From IMG/VR virus record IMGVR_UViG_3300029267_002727, positions 1-64,000 of that record: DNA of 64,000 nt; one strand, written 5' to 3'. The translations under genes were made by a program, and so were the position numbers. Below are positions 27,787 through 38,255 of the stretch, piece after piece; position 1 is the stretch's first letter; every line of letters begins with the position of its first letter. The DNA comes from a virus. Under the pieces are notes generated by a model. That model saw only the letters and a program-made list of their open reading frames with translations, was not told where the DNA came from and did not search any database.

Positions 27787-28010
27787 GACCCCTCTTTGAT
27801 CTTGCGACCCTCAAAAAGTGGCTTGATGCAAGTATGGAAGAACTTGCCAGCAGACTCTGCGACCATCATGCCCTCAAAGTACTCCCTCGGGGCGTCGTAA
27901 ACGTAGATGTCGCCGCTGTTGAACTCGACCACAAGGACACCGTCCCACCCGGCAGACCGAATCATGGATGACGTTACTTGTGTTCGCTCTATTTCGAGTG
28001 CTGTAGTCAT
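27783..28010 (-). CDS. KTSC domain protein
   Basis: VTSSMIRSAGW..LVVEFNSG.IY.Y....F..M..AESAGKFF...IK. Confidence 0.85.
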   Translation of the reverse strand: MTTALEIERTQVTSSMIRSAGWDGVLVVEFNSGDIYVYDAPREYFEGMMVAESAGKFFHTCIKPLFEGRKIKEGS

Positions 28011-28189
28011 GACAACCTCCTGTGTCTGTCTTCTGTGGCGGCGTTCTCTCCCTGGAAAACGCGGCTGCGGTACAGTTTATTGAGGGCCCAGTCGCGGAAA
28101 TTCCACTCCAGGGCACCAATCAGGGACACCACAATGTGCTTATGCAAGGCGCGCATGGCGGTCGTCACCGACTTGCGTAACTTCGTCAT
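28007..28189 (-). CDS. Hypothetical protein
   Basis: Short ORF bridging the terminase and KTSC genes. Confidence 0.35.
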   Translation of the reverse strand: MTKLRKSVTTAMRALHKHIVVSLIGALEWNFRDWALNKLYRSRVFQGENAATEDRHRRLS

Positions 28190-29900
28190 CCACGAGGACC
28201 GGAACGGGCTGCCCATCTTCTCCCTCCTCCCATTTGTAGGTCGCCATAAGACGCTCCCAAAACGCGTTCTCCTTCTGAAACGCCATACACAGTACGAGTA
28301 GGCAACATATCAAGTCGTCTGCCCTGGTCCTCTTGGACACGTCAAAGATTCTGGCCTGATGCCACAACCCCTTGATGTACGGCCATGCAAATTGCGCATC
28401 CCGCATCAACTGAGTCAGAATCGTCACCGACCAGCGCTTGGGGACGATGGTCCCGCTGAAAAAGATTGGCTCGACTGGCCAGTTGAAGTCGCCACCAAAG
28501 GCGCCCTCCAGATCGTCGAACGCGGTCTGTACGTTTCCAGCATCATAGTAGCCCGATCCCCGATACTTGAGCATCATTGCCTTCATCTTGTCGATCCAGG
28601 GCGTGTAAGATCCATCCCCGTCGATCCAATGAAGGGCTACCAACTTGGTACCGTGCCTGCGCATCAGGAAGTCAGTGACGTCAGCCACCATCACAACAGG
28701 AACATTCATGGTGGACTGAGATGCGATGACACTCAGGCCCGGGTCCCCAAAAACGACGTAGCCGTGTCCGGGCTCGTACTCCATCTCGTACGCGCGCAGC
28801 CCCACGACGTCGTCGTGCCTACCGAACTCCTCTGCATAATTGTCCATTTCCTGTGTTCGGCAACGTTCCAGAAGATGCTCGCTGATCCCCATGCCAGAGA
28901 AAGCGGCCGACATCATACCGCCATGCCAGCGATCTACCTCCAGGCCGCTCATCACACGGGACTGTTTCTCTAGCTGCCACTTGGTCACATAGATGTTAGC
29001 ACTAGAGTCCTCGCCCTCGAGAACCAAAACATCCTTCGCGCCCTTGTCGATAAGGTCCTGATACTTTCCCATCAATGCAGACAGTTCCGGGTTGGGTCCC
29101 GGGTTCGTGATCCAGGTCACCTTGCCCCATCTCAGGGCTCCTGTACTCCGTGTGCCACGAAGACGGGTGTATAGCGCGGGCTCGGCCGCGGAAATCCCCG
29201 CCAGAAGCTGCGCTTCGTCACAGTTGATCCAGTCCTGCTCAGAGCCCAGGATGCCCGTGGCGTCCCTACCCACAGTTTGGCACATAAGCTGTGACGGGTA
29301 TCCATCATAGACCTCAATTGTGATTAAGGGATACGGTCTTTGCACCCACAGCGAGTGCGCCCCCCTCGAGGGCTTAATAAATCGCCTGAACAGAGACTTG
29401 TTTGCGCACCACTTCTCGATCTCTCCCAACATTAGCTCGGCCTGGTAACCAGTGGGGGCCACGTTCAGAGCCCGAAACCCTGGGTACATCGCGCAGTACG
29501 ATAACATCGCGATGGCCAGGCTACACGTCTTGCCACTACCCGCTCCAGCGATGGCAAGACCCAGGTTAATGTCGGGAGAAATAAACCTGTTGAGCCAGGG
29601 CAGCATCAAGAACCCATGCCGTAGCAAGAATACCGGGTACCCGTTGTAATGCTCGGCTTCGTCCCACTCCACCCGCAGTGTAGTGGGGACATCCCCAAGC
29701 ACAACCTCGAAATCTGTGTCCGGCTTGCCGGCCTTCTGCCATGCATCATGCAGAAGGTCGTACTGCTCCACGCGATCTTCCGGCGTAAACCGGGTACCGC
29801 TGTTTGGCAGCCTGAAGAAGCGCTCTGTGAACAGGCTCAAGTTGCCTGTTTTCAGGGCCTCGTCAAAGACGTGCTGCTCCTCGCGTGTTAGTTCTGCCAT
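28140..29900 (-). CDS. terL: Terminase large subunit
   Basis: Walker A AGAGSGKT, Walker B WINCDEAQ, ITNP coupling motif, nuclease FGDPG and DDL. Confidence 0.9.
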   Translation of the reverse strand: MAELTREEQHVFDEALKTGNLSLFTERFFRLPNSGTRFTPEDRVEQYDLLHDAWQKAGKPDTDFEVVLGDVPTTLRVEWDEAEHYNGYPVFLLRHGFLMLPWLNRFISPDINLGLAIAGAGSGKTCSLAIAMLSYCAMYPGFRALNVAPTGYQAELMLGEIEKWCANKSLFRRFIKPSRGAHSLWVQRPYPLITIEVYDGYPSQLMCQTVGRDATGILGSEQDWINCDEAQLLAGISAAEPALYTRLRGTRSTGALRWGKVTWITNPGPNPELSALMGKYQDLIDKGAKDVLVLEGEDSSANIYVTKWQLEKQSRVMSGLEVDRWHGGMMSAAFSGMGISEHLLERCRTQEMDNYAEEFGRHDDVVGLRAYEMEYEPGHGYVVFGDPGLSVIASQSTMNVPVVMVADVTDFLMRRHGTKLVALHWIDGDGSYTPWIDKMKAMMLKYRGSGYYDAGNVQTAFDDLEGAFGGDFNWPVEPIFFSGTIVPKRWSVTILTQLMRDAQFAWPYIKGLWHQARIFDVSKRTRADDLICCLLVLCMAFQKENAFWERLMATYKWEEGEDGQPVPVLVDDEVTQVGDDRHARLA

Positions 29901-29906
29901 ATTATG

Positions 29907-30098
29907 TTACAGCCAAGAGACCTCCCAATGCACATCGGCGGCCGCCTCTTCGATCCACTTCATCGCCCCTTCCGCGGTGTCATTGACCGGCCCCTCGTCG
30001 GGAGGGGGTACCTCTGGGATATCCGGGATCTTGATACTCGCTGCAATGATGCCCAGCGCACCAAGGCTGAAACCCTTTAGAAACTCACGTCTTTTCAT
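29907..30098 (-). CDS. Small protein with twin-arginine (Tat)-like signal
   Basis: MKRREFLKGFSLGALGIIAAS. Confidence 0.6.
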   Translation of the reverse strand: MKRREFLKGFSLGALGIIAASIKIPDIPEVPPPDEGPVNDTAEGAMKWIEEAAADVHWEVSWL

Positions 30099-30838
30099 TT
30101 CTCTACCAGTCCCCCCTCTTCGTACAGAATGTGCGTGGCATGCTGCGTACCCCGGAGCCGCCAGCGCCAATCATCCCCCTCATGCTTCAGGAGTTCCAGG
30201 TTGTGTTTGGCGGCCGGGCAGTCTCTACGGGTCCCCAGCTTGTGGTCCTGATGGAACGCCATGTGGGCTGGGGTGATATCCACCACGGGATACCCGGACT
30301 CGAGTGCGATGCACATCAGATCGGTGTCCCAGGCATACGCAGCGACGGCATACGGCGGGATTCCGGCATCCCAGATCGGTCCCCGCCAGCAGAAGTAGTC
30401 CATGCCAGAGGTGGGATGCAGGCGCAGGGAAGGCCGGGACTTTAGCAGGGTCACCATCTCCGCCTCCTCGAGGTCGGTTACGTCTATGTTCACATCGACG
30501 TCCCAACGTTGCCCCGTGATCATGAAGACTGGGAATTGGTCGGCGACGTATTCTACCGCGTCAATGAACGCAGTGGTGAGGATGATGTCGGCATTGACGT
30601 AGCAACAAAACGGCTGTGTAGACATCTCCTCGGCCAGGCGGAACATCTCGTCTACTCGAGGGCGGCCGTATACCGTATCGACTACGGTGCATGGCCAGTT
30701 GTCAGACTTGAGCTCCTCGCGGTCGATCTCCGACCCGAAGATGATCAGATCGGCAGTGGGGTCGATACGCCCCCAACTTTCGATGGCGTTGTGTTGCGGC
30801 ACCCCCACTTCCTTGCAGGTCGTGAAAAACGTAATCAT
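30095..30838 (-). CDS. Glycosyltransferase (GT-A-like)
   Basis: YVNADIIL, QRWD, GMDYF, HQDH motifs. Confidence 0.7.
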   Translation of the reverse strand: MITFFTTCKEVGVPQHNAIESWGRIDPTADLIIFGSEIDREELKSDNWPCTVVDTVYGRPRVDEMFRLAEEMSTQPFCCYVNADIILTTAFIDAVEYVADQFPVFMITGQRWDVDVNIDVTDLEEAEMVTLLKSRPSLRLHPTSGMDYFCWRGPIWDAGIPPYAVAAYAWDTDLMCIALESGYPVVDITPAHMAFHQDHKLGTRRDCPAAKHNLELLKHEGDDWRWRLRGTQHATHILYEEGGLVEK

Positions 30839-30896
30839 GGCAATATACCTCCTGTTTTGTTAGGGTTATTGTCACCACTCCGCATGTTCATGTGTC

Positions 30897-31496
30897 TTAC
30901 TCCCTTGGCCTGAATGTATGCAGAAGCCACTTGTGATAAGGGCACCCCAGATACTCACACACGCGCTCGATTTGTTTCTCTGTGTCGGTTAAGAAGTCCT
31001 CGTACCTGACATGTAGTATATCCCAGTCGGCCTCCAGATACTTGGCAGCCATATCGTAGTATCTGGTGTGCGCTCCTCGATATTCGTTCGGCGTCATTGC
31101 GGAAGGGTGATTCCTGTATATCGTATCCGCCGATCGGAAGATCACTATTGCCTTCCTGGGTTCAAACCACGGGTAGATCCAGGGTAGCTTGACACATTTG
31201 AAGACCTCGACGCCGTGACTCCTGGCCATATCGGCAAGGGGCTGGCCGATGGCACTGTTAGGCCGCACCGGGGCGACCGGGATCTTCTGCACGTCGAAAT
31301 TGCCACCAGAAGCCATCCAGAAAGCCCTGCGCAACGGCAAATACTCCCAAAATCCGTACCGGTTGTTGTGGTCTGCGGGCTTGAGGCCGTCAGCCGGCCC
31401 GGGCGACAGGCCCGTAGCCCTGACTACCAACTCTGTAAGGAATGATGTGCCAGAATTGGCTATGCCCGCAGTAAAGATTTGGGGGAATAGTTTCAT
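30897..31496 (-). CDS. Sulfotransferase family protein
   Basis: 5'-PSB AGIANSGTSFL, N.YGFWE, VIFR, VRYEDF. Confidence 0.8.
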   Translation of the reverse strand: MKLFPQIFTAGIANSGTSFLTELVVRATGLSPGPADGLKPADHNNRYGFWEYLPLRRAFWMASGGNFDVQKIPVAPVRPNSAIGQPLADMARSHGVEVFKCVKLPWIYPWFEPRKAIVIFRSADTIYRNHPSAMTPNEYRGAHTRYYDMAAKYLEADWDILHVRYEDFLTDTEKQIERVCEYLGCPYHKWLLHTFRPRE

Positions 31497-32239
31497 TGAA
31501 CCTCCGGCGCGTGCGAGGGGCGCCTCCATGCGTACAGGTCCCTGGTATTTCCCAGATCAAGCCAGGAGTAACCGGTCTCGGCCAGATAGTCCGTGATGGT
31601 TTCTATCCCCGCATGCTTGTGCTCGATCAGGAGTGCGGGCTGCACAGTTTTGAGAAATTGCCGGCCTCCTTGCAGGACCCTCAGTTCCCACCCCTCCACA
31701 TCTATTTTCACAAACGACACCGAGGTGCAGCCGAGCCTGTCTAACGTTGTCACACGCACAGAGATAGGATCCCATCCATTGCGCTTTTTGCAAGACGAGA
31801 GCCCGGATTGATACCTCTGTGGATGCTGGTACAACTCAATGTCCCCCAGCTTGTCAGACATCCCCATATTGAAGGCCGCCGAACGATCCTGGAGACGGTT
31901 GAGCGCGAGGTTTCTCTCTAGCACGGCAAACGGGCCCGGCTGCGGCTCAAACGACCAGCAGGATAGCCCTGGCACAAACACGGGCAGCAAGCTGAACGAT
32001 CCCGTGCTTGCCCCGATGTCAAGCATAAGCTGAAATTCAGGATTCCGCATGAGACAATTGTAGGCAAATTCGAGCAAGGCCGCGTCGTAGGCCATTGCCT
32101 GGCCGCCGCGGGCCGGATAGAGCCAGGCTCCGCCCCACTCGGGCGTCTCCGAGTCTAGCTTGACCTGGTGGCCCGGGAAGAGGAGGCCTCTAAGTGTGGG
32201 CGCCTCCTCCGCAGGGCAGACCGCACTCCTAGAGTCCAT
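31493..32239 (-). CDS. FkbM family methyltransferase
   Basis: LDIGASTG, SFEP, TLD, VKIDVEGWELRVLQG. Confidence 0.9.
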   Translation of the reverse strand: MDSRSAVCPAEEAPTLRGLLFPGHQVKLDSETPEWGGAWLYPARGGQAMAYDAALLEFAYNCLMRNPEFQLMLDIGASTGSFSLLPVFVPGLSCWSFEPQPGPFAVLERNLALNRLQDRSAAFNMGMSDKLGDIELYQHPQRYQSGLSSCKKRNGWDPISVRVTTLDRLGCTSVSFVKIDVEGWELRVLQGGRQFLKTVQPALLIEHKHAGIETITDYLAETGYSWLDLGNTRDLYAWRRPSHAPEVQ

Positions 32240-33050
32240 AAATCTCCTTTCGTTTCTCTAGCCAGTCATCATCGGGAAGAAGGCCCCGCCCAGGCTTCCA
32301 ATCGACCACGCTTCCCCCCGCAGTGTGAAAGCGGAAGCTGCCGCGGCTTGCATACGGCTGCCCCTCATTGATCCGCTCCGCTACCTTGGCCAATAAGCCA
32401 GGGTGCCCCCGGCACCCATGCAGAATAATCGCACGCCCCCGGAGTAAGCCCCCGAAATTCGCCTGGGTCAGGTAGTTTTCCCCTATTGTAGTGAAGCGTG
32501 CGCCACTGTAGTACAGCGCCCGCCTCAACGAGGGCTGACAGGCATGTGCGCCATGCCCAATCGTCTCATCAGGCCTTTCAGCAATCCATCGCTCCTGCCT
32601 GTCTCCCCAGTCACCAAACAACGCGCGTGTCTCGGGGGTCCACCTCCACAGTATCACGCCCGAATTGAGGGTGGGGAATGCCAGGGGGACATCCTCAAGG
32701 AAGGCGCCTCTCCGGGCGATGCCCTGATGTATAGCCAGGTCAAATTGCTCCATTAACCGAAACATGTCATCCAGGCTGTCGTCTACGTAGGTGTCGGCGT
32801 CCAGGTGGAGATTGATGTCGTACGGCGATCTGGCCAGGCACCTCACCCGATCCAGATGAAGCTCGTTGTGGGGGTACTGATCATTGATCGACTCGTAGCG
32901 CATGACCTGGTTAAATGGAGTTGAGCCAACATCATCGTTGCAGAATAGCGTGGCCGGCATATCTGGATGGAAACGCCGCAGGCTATTCAAGGAATTTATG
33001 GCATGTTTCAGATAATGCCACCCGACTACGAAGTAGATGATGCCTATCAT
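32229..33050 (-). CDS. Glycosyltransferase (nucleotide-diphospho-sugar transferase)
   Basis: SPYD..LHLDADT DxD motif, NSGVI, QPSLR.AL. Confidence 0.8.
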   Translation of the reverse strand: MIGIIYFVVGWHYLKHAINSLNSLRRFHPDMPATLFCNDDVGSTPFNQVMRYESINDQYPHNELHLDRVRCLARSPYDINLHLDADTYVDDSLDDMFRLMEQFDLAIHQGIARRGAFLEDVPLAFPTLNSGVILWRWTPETRALFGDWGDRQERWIAERPDETIGHGAHACQPSLRRALYYSGARFTTIGENYLTQANFGGLLRGRAIILHGCRGHPGLLAKVAERINEGQPYASRGSFRFHTAGGSVVDWKPGRGLLPDDDWLEKRKEIYGL

Positions 33051-33820
33051 TTGTTTTGCCTGTAAGGAATCGGCCATAGCCGCCCCGGCGTACCAGGGCT
33101 CTCCACATCTTCGTTTGAGAGACGCACGACATTCGTGAATAGCCCCCCTGGCCTGATGCGGTCCAGGACCGCGGTGTTGGGAATGATACAATGTCCACCA
33201 ATAAAGCCTGGCTGGTGAATGACATGCGGCAGGTTGGGCATTTCATTCACTCTCTGGGCTGTCATAAAGTCGGCTCCGACTTCATCACAGTAGCGCTGCA
33301 TTTCCTGTGCCCAGGCGACCAGAATGCCAGTGTACGTAGTTTGGAATAGCTTACCTAGCTCTAGGGAGATGGCATCTTTCATCACGGTTACCGTGAACCC
33401 TGCCTCTATCAGGGAGGTAGCAGCGTCGTGCGCAGCAGACTCCAGGGGGGCACCAACGAGCTTGGTGAAATCATGCAAATCCTTCACAAGCTGCCCGTGC
33501 CGACCGCGGACTGGGCTGTACGCCATTAGGCACGTCGTGCGGCGCTGAATCTCCCTCGTTGTACCCGGAAGAACCGTACTATGAATGATGCACGTCCCGG
33601 GACTGTACTCCTCGATGTACCCGAGAACAGCCTCGTTAAAACCCTCCAGGTCGCCCGGGAAGCAAATGTGCAAATACTCACATGTCCCCTCGTGCCTGTC
33701 CTCGACATCTACACCCATAACATCATTGCGATGCAAGACCAGGCACTCCAGAATCGCACTGCCGACCTCTCCCAGGCCCACTACGATGTGCCTTACGGCG
33801 CCTGCTACAATGTGTGTCAT
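33047..33820 (-). CDS. UDP-glucose/GDP-mannose dehydrogenase family protein (short form)
   Basis: VVGLGEVG, IHSTVLPGTT, SPVRG, ELGK, GFIGGHC. Confidence 0.85.
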   Translation of the reverse strand: MTHIVAGAVRHIVVGLGEVGSAILECLVLHRNDVMGVDVEDRHEGTCEYLHICFPGDLEGFNEAVLGYIEEYSPGTCIIHSTVLPGTTREIQRRTTCLMAYSPVRGRHGQLVKDLHDFTKLVGAPLESAAHDAATSLIEAGFTVTVMKDAISLELGKLFQTTYTGILVAWAQEMQRYCDEVGADFMTAQRVNEMPNLPHVIHQPGFIGGHCIIPNTAVLDRIRPGGLFTNVVRLSNEDVESPGTPGRLWPIPYRQNK

Positions 33821-34848
33821 GCCATCTTCTCCTTTACTTTGTCATAGATCCAGGCATACGTGCGCTCCATGCCCTCCTCCAGCGATACCTGCGGCTCATA
33901 CTTGAGCTCGCGGCGCATCAAAGATAAGTCTGCGTTTCTTCCCCTGACGCCCTGCGGCTTGCTGATGTCGTGCTCCAGGGTCGCCTTGTCCTCAATGCCC
34001 GCGCACCTGGCGGCGATCATGGCAAGCTCGTCCACCGACACCGATCGGTCGGTCCCGATATTCATAGGGGCCCCGAAGTCAGACTGCATGAGGGCCCAGA
34101 CCATCTCCACGCAGTCGTCGATGTAGCAGAACGACCGCCGCTGCTGGCCGTCGCCCCAGATCGGGATGTGGTACTCGCCCGTAATAGCCGCCTTGGCCAT
34201 CTTGTAGCACATAGCCGCCGGTGCTTTGACCCGGTTGTCGTTATCTGCGTCCCAGGCCCCCTCGGGCCCGAAGACATTGTGGAAGCGCGGGATACGAACC
34301 TCCACATGGCTGGCCTTGACGTCGCCGCGCATGTACATGTAGAGACTCTCGGTGAGTAGCTTCTCTCTTCCGTAAGCGTCTTCCGGGTGCCCGTCCCAGG
34401 CGTCGCCCTCTTGTAGAGGACGCGAGTCAGCGAACATCTGCCGCCGCACTGGGTAGACACACGCCGACGACGTGAACAGGAGGCGGCCGGGCTTCTCGTA
34501 GTCACGCCAGTTTACGCGCGCAGCCTCAGCCGAGAACAGGCTGATCAACATGTTGTTACGGAAGATGGTATAGTCGTGACTGGAGATAAACCCCATGCCG
34601 CCCATATCCGCTGCGAGGCAGTAGGCCTCATGAACACCATCGAACGCCTGGACGACGTTGGGGAACTCCCGGAGGTCGCAGTTCCAGTTGAAGAAATTGG
34701 GGCTGCACTCGTAGCCCTCTGGCTCTTTCCAGTCCACGCCGATCACGTAGCGCCCCTTCTCCTGAAGAAAGCGCACCAGGTGGTGGCCAATGAACCCGGC
34801 TGCGCCTGTCACAAGGGATACGACAGAGTTTTCGTCAAATGTCTTCAT
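33817..34848 (-). CDS. NAD-dependent epimerase/dehydratase (GDP-mannose 3,5-epimerase-like)
   Basis: TGAAGFIG, LAADMGGMGFI, SSACVYP, YGREK, KAPAA, WGDG.Q.RSF. Confidence 0.9.
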   Translation of the reverse strand: MKTFDENSVVSLVTGAAGFIGHHLVRFLQEKGRYVIGVDWKEPEGYECSPNFFNWNCDLREFPNVVQAFDGVHEAYCLAADMGGMGFISSHDYTIFRNNMLISLFSAEAARVNWRDYEKPGRLLFTSSACVYPVRRQMFADSRPLQEGDAWDGHPEDAYGREKLLTESLYMYMRGDVKASHVEVRIPRFHNVFGPEGAWDADNDNRVKAPAAMCYKMAKAAITGEYHIPIWGDGQQRRSFCYIDDCVEMVWALMQSDFGAPMNIGTDRSVSVDELAMIAARCAGIEDKATLEHDISKPQGVRGRNADLSLMRRELKYEPQVSLEEGMERTYAWIYDKVKEKMA

Positions 34849-35338
34849 TTGTCCTCCATTTATAAAGTAGCTCTGTTTCCAGGAGCAGGATCGCTATACA
34901 TGAATGCGGGTCTAACACCTGCCCGCGGCGCACCATCCAACCGGCGTCACCAATAGGGATACCGCCTACAGAGCTTATAGCCTCTGACGGTACGAACTTT
35001 GCTGGCAGGCTGACGCGGCAAGTATAGACGCGCACCTTGTCTCTGCGCCAGGATGTGTCGATGTACCAATCCCCAAACTCCTCCCAGTCCTCGCCCCGCA
35101 GGCCAACCTCCTCATGTAGCTCACGGGCCGCCGCATCAACGTACGGCTCACCGGCATTGATATGGCCAGCAGGAAGCTGCCACACCGCATGATGGGGGCC
35201 CTCTTTATACTGGTGGATCATGATGATCTTGTTATCTGTCGTCATGGCGGCGATCATGACGACATCCCCGCGACTGGCGTGGTAATAGTCTGCGTTAGTG
35301 TCATACCACACACGCACCCAGGGTGTTTTCAGGATCAT
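34835..35338 (-). CDS. NUDIX hydrolase
   Basis: PAG.....E....AAARELHEEVG Nudix box. Confidence 0.9.
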   Translation of the reverse strand: MILKTPWVRVWYDTNADYYHASRGDVVMIAAMTTDNKIIMIHQYKEGPHHAVWQLPAGHINAGEPYVDAAARELHEEVGLRGEDWEEFGDWYIDTSWRRDKVRVYTCRVSLPAKFVPSEAISSVGGIPIGDAGWMVRRGQVLDPHSCIAILLLETELLYKWRTNEDI

Positions 35339-35811
35339 TATGACACAGCACTAGCAAATGCGGTCGCCATCAGCTTGGCGTCGTCCAGTGTCCGCGCTAC
35401 AAAGCCCACAGGGAGACTGAGATCCTCCTCTGGATGTTCGGCCAGGTACTCGTCTGTCCACCCGGAAGTAGCGCAAACGTGGCCGGGACCGGTGACCTCA
35501 TCGCCGATCCCAAACCCGCAGATGGCACGGTGCGACCAACCGTACCACCTTTGCTCGCGCTCACAAAATCCGATAGAGCACGTGCGCCCTCGACCATCGT
35601 TAGCGTCCGGGATGGGCGGGTCTCGTGGCTCTGGCTTGATGCCGCGCTGCACGATCAAGCGATGGGCAGCTACGCTATCCCCAATATAATGGCCCTCGGG
35701 GGTATACGCAGACTTGATGGTCACCTTGTCACCGCCATCAAAGGCAACCTCTTCAGTCCTGACCTCGTAGCCCGCCTTGTACTGGCGCACCCTTAATACC
35801 CTTGTGTCCAT
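35338..35811 (-). CDS. Hypothetical phage protein
   Basis: SIGF...WYGWSHRAI.GFGIG motif; operon packing. Confidence 0.6.
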   Translation of the reverse strand: MDTRVLRVRQYKAGYEVRTEEVAFDGGDKVTIKSAYTPEGHYIGDSVAAHRLIVQRGIKPEPRDPPIPDANDGRGRTCSIGFCEREQRWYGWSHRAICGFGIGDEVTGPGHVCATSGWTDEYLAEHPEEDLSLPVGFVARTLDDAKLMATAFASAVS

Positions 35812-36110
35812 TAGTCCGCCCAATCATGCACCATAACCGGGTTATAGCACGAGCCCGGGAAGATGCCGCGGCCACAACGGACGCGCACCTCTTGGCCGGC
35901 AGATACCAGGCCAGCGCCAACTGTAAAGGCAAACGGCCTCTCGCGATAGCTCGTGGCCACATCGACCTGGTCGTAGCGCCAGCCAGCCGACGACACCTGC
36001 GTCACGCGGCCGGCGATTAAGACCTTACTGGCGGCAGTCATGTCAATCAGCAAAAAGAGGATCACCAAGGCGAGAAATACTACACCAGAGAACATGAGCA
36101 CCCTTGTCAT
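35811..36110 (-). CDS. Membrane-anchored hypothetical protein
   Basis: N-terminal hydrophobic helix; RBS GGAGG. Confidence 0.55.
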   Translation of the reverse strand: MTRVLMFSGVVFLALVILFLLIDMTAASKVLIAGRVTQVSSAGWRYDQVDVATSYRERPFAFTVGAGLVSAGQEVRVRCGRGIFPGSCYNPVMVHDWAD

Positions 36111-36112
36111 TT

Positions 36113-37366
36113 TTAGCCTCCAAAACGAATCAGGGCGGGGATCTTGTTGGAATCCAAGAACCCCCACATGTCGATCACCGTTTTCCCAGAGAGGTCCATT
36201 TCCTCGAGAGCATGATAAGCCTCCCAGGGTGTCATGAGCACCAGTACGTCGCACATATCGACTACTTCATCGAGGGACGGCACACGATCACTGGTGGGGT
36301 CATGGTACCACACCACGGCCGCTGACGGGAGCATCTCGCCCAGCTTGATGCCGGGCGACTCCTCCATGATATCCACGCCGGGTTTGTACGTCAGGCCCAG
36401 GATCCCAATTCTGGAGCCGTAATGCCACACCTGCGCAGCGAGCCAGTGCGCCATCACATTCGTGAACGCCTCCACGCCGCCGATCAGGACGGCAGGCGTA
36501 TCTGTGATGCCCGCATGCGCAGACAGGGCCCGGCAATCGCGGGGGAAACATGGCCCCCCAGGCCACACACCAGGTGAGAAGTACCTATGCCCGATGCGGG
36601 AATCGTCCCCAATCGCCCCCAGGACATCCCCCGCGTTTGCTCCGGGTGTATTGTGACAGATCATCGCGACCTGGTTGGCAAGCTGAATCTTGGTGACCAC
36701 TGACACATTGAGCGCGATCTTGGCCACCTCGGCGCTCGCGACACTCATAAAACGGAACGGCACGAAATTGTCTTCCACATCGACGATACTGCGATAGTAC
36801 CGCGCCACGACATCGCTGGCCCGCTCCGTGTCAGCGCCGATCATGACCATGTCCGGGTGCCTGAAATCTCGGACGATCCGGCCCTGCGCCACGAACTCTG
36901 GCGAGTAGGTAATGCCCCACTCTTCACCCAGTACTCCAGCGGCCCAAGCGGACAACGCAGTAGCGATCTCTCCGTTGACGGATCCTGGCATAACAGTGCT
37001 TACGATGTTGACGACCTGATACTCAGAGTTCTTGCACATGCCTAGCCCGATACGCTCGCACGCGTCAAGGATGAACGCGTTACTGAACGACCCGCCACGC
37101 TTGCTGGGCGTCGGAACAATCACATTGATCAGTTCGCCCCATGAGCAGGCCTCGGCGATGTCCGTAGTGGCTTGCAGTTCTTTGCCGCCGTACTCAGCTA
37201 CCAGATCAGTCACGCCTGGCTCCATCGTGTCTACGTCGCCGGCATTGACCCTGTCCACCATCTCTTGATTGATATCTGCACAAAACACCTCGTGCCCGCA
37301 GTCCGCAGACACCGCAGCCAGGGGTAGCCCCAGCCGGCCACAGCCACCCACGTACACTACCTTCAT
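36113..37366 (-). CDS. Nucleotide-sugar dehydrogenase (UDP-glucose 6-dehydrogenase family)
   Basis: GCGRLGLP, VPTP, STVMPG, SPEF..G, AEVAK, GGPCFPRD, LGLTYKP. Confidence 0.9.
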   Translation of the reverse strand: MKVVYVGGCGRLGLPLAAVSADCGHEVFCADINQEMVDRVNAGDVDTMEPGVTDLVAEYGGKELQATTDIAEACSWGELINVIVPTPSKRGGSFSNAFILDACERIGLGMCKNSEYQVVNIVSTVMPGSVNGEIATALSAWAAGVLGEEWGITYSPEFVAQGRIVRDFRHPDMVMIGADTERASDVVARYYRSIVDVEDNFVPFRFMSVASAEVAKIALNVSVVTKIQLANQVAMICHNTPGANAGDVLGAIGDDSRIGHRYFSPGVWPGGPCFPRDCRALSAHAGITDTPAVLIGGVEAFTNVMAHWLAAQVWHYGSRIGILGLTYKPGVDIMEESPGIKLGEMLPSAAVVWYHDPTSDRVPSLDEVVDMCDVLVLMTPWEAYHALEEMDLSGKTVIDMWGFLDSNKIPALIRFGG

Positions 37367-37635
37367 CAGTCTTCCCTCCTGGTTTCGACTAGGTCGCTCT
37401 CGCGCACGACGCCCCCCTCGATGAAGAATGCGGCGCGCCACTCGATCTCACACCCCAATAACAGCGCTACTCGGTAGGCATAGTATGCAGGGTTTGCGCC
37501 GTGCGGTGCGTCTATGATCGCCCTGCCGTCGATGTACATGACGGTAACCCCATCAAAGAATACGAACACATCGGGGCCATCCGTTGTGACCTCCGCTATC
37601 TCCTCCCCGTTGATTGTATGGATCTCAGTCTTCAT
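37366..37635 (-). CDS. Hypothetical protein
   Basis: Overlapping junctions within the operon. Confidence 0.5.
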   Translation of the reverse strand: MKTEIHTINGEEIAEVTTDGPDVFVFFDGVTVMYIDGRAIIDAPHGANPAYYAYRVALLLGCEIEWRAAFFIEGGVVRESDLVETRRED

Positions 37636-38255
37636 AGCTGATATGCCAAGAAGAACCCATTCCCCACCTTGCTGTCCGGGTCCTCCTCCATGATCAGGTC
37701 CCAACCTGCCCAATAATCAATGGCCTCTTTCAGAAACTCGGGTGTGAACTTCCACCAGTGACCATACGGGCCCCCGACGCAGGGCTGCGTGTCCGCAGGC
37801 GGTACATTGTCGTGGCCCCATCCGTCCTCGTACGCGCGCTCGATGCGCTCCATGGTGAACCATTCTAGAGGTCGTTTATCGGTCTTGAGTTGATCGTGGT
37901 GCGGGACGATCATCAGGAAGTAGCCGCCAGGCCTCACGACACGTTGCCACTCATACCATGCCCGAACCGGATCTGGTACGTGCTCCATGACATGAGAGGA
38001 CACTACATAGTCCACCGTGTTGTCGAAGAGGGGAATGTAGCCGGCGCGACCATGTAGATGGCAGAACCCTCGATGGCCGCTCTTGTCCGACTCATTATAG
38101 TAGTGGTCCTCCGCCCAGGCCGGCGACACGTTGATGCACGCCTTCAGAAAGAACGAGTTGCCGTCAGGGTGATCGGAATTAGCACCGCCGAGCTCAACGC
38201 CCTTCATGCGCGGGTCACCGACAAGGTCAAGCGTTGGTTGATGTGGCCTGTTCAT
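37632..38255 (-). CDS. SAM-dependent methyltransferase (type 11)
   Basis: GVELGG, DYVVSSHVMEH, RVVRPGG. Confidence 0.85.
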   Translation of the reverse strand: MNRPHQPTLDLVGDPRMKGVELGGANSDHPDGNSFFLKACINVSPAWAEDHYYNESDKSGHRGFCHLHGRAGYIPLFDNTVDYVVSSHVMEHVPDPVRAWYEWQRVVRPGGYFLMIVPHHDQLKTDKRPLEWFTMERIERAYEDGWGHDNVPPADTQPCVGGPYGHWWKFTPEFLKEAIDYWAGWDLIMEEDPDSKVGNGFFLAYQL

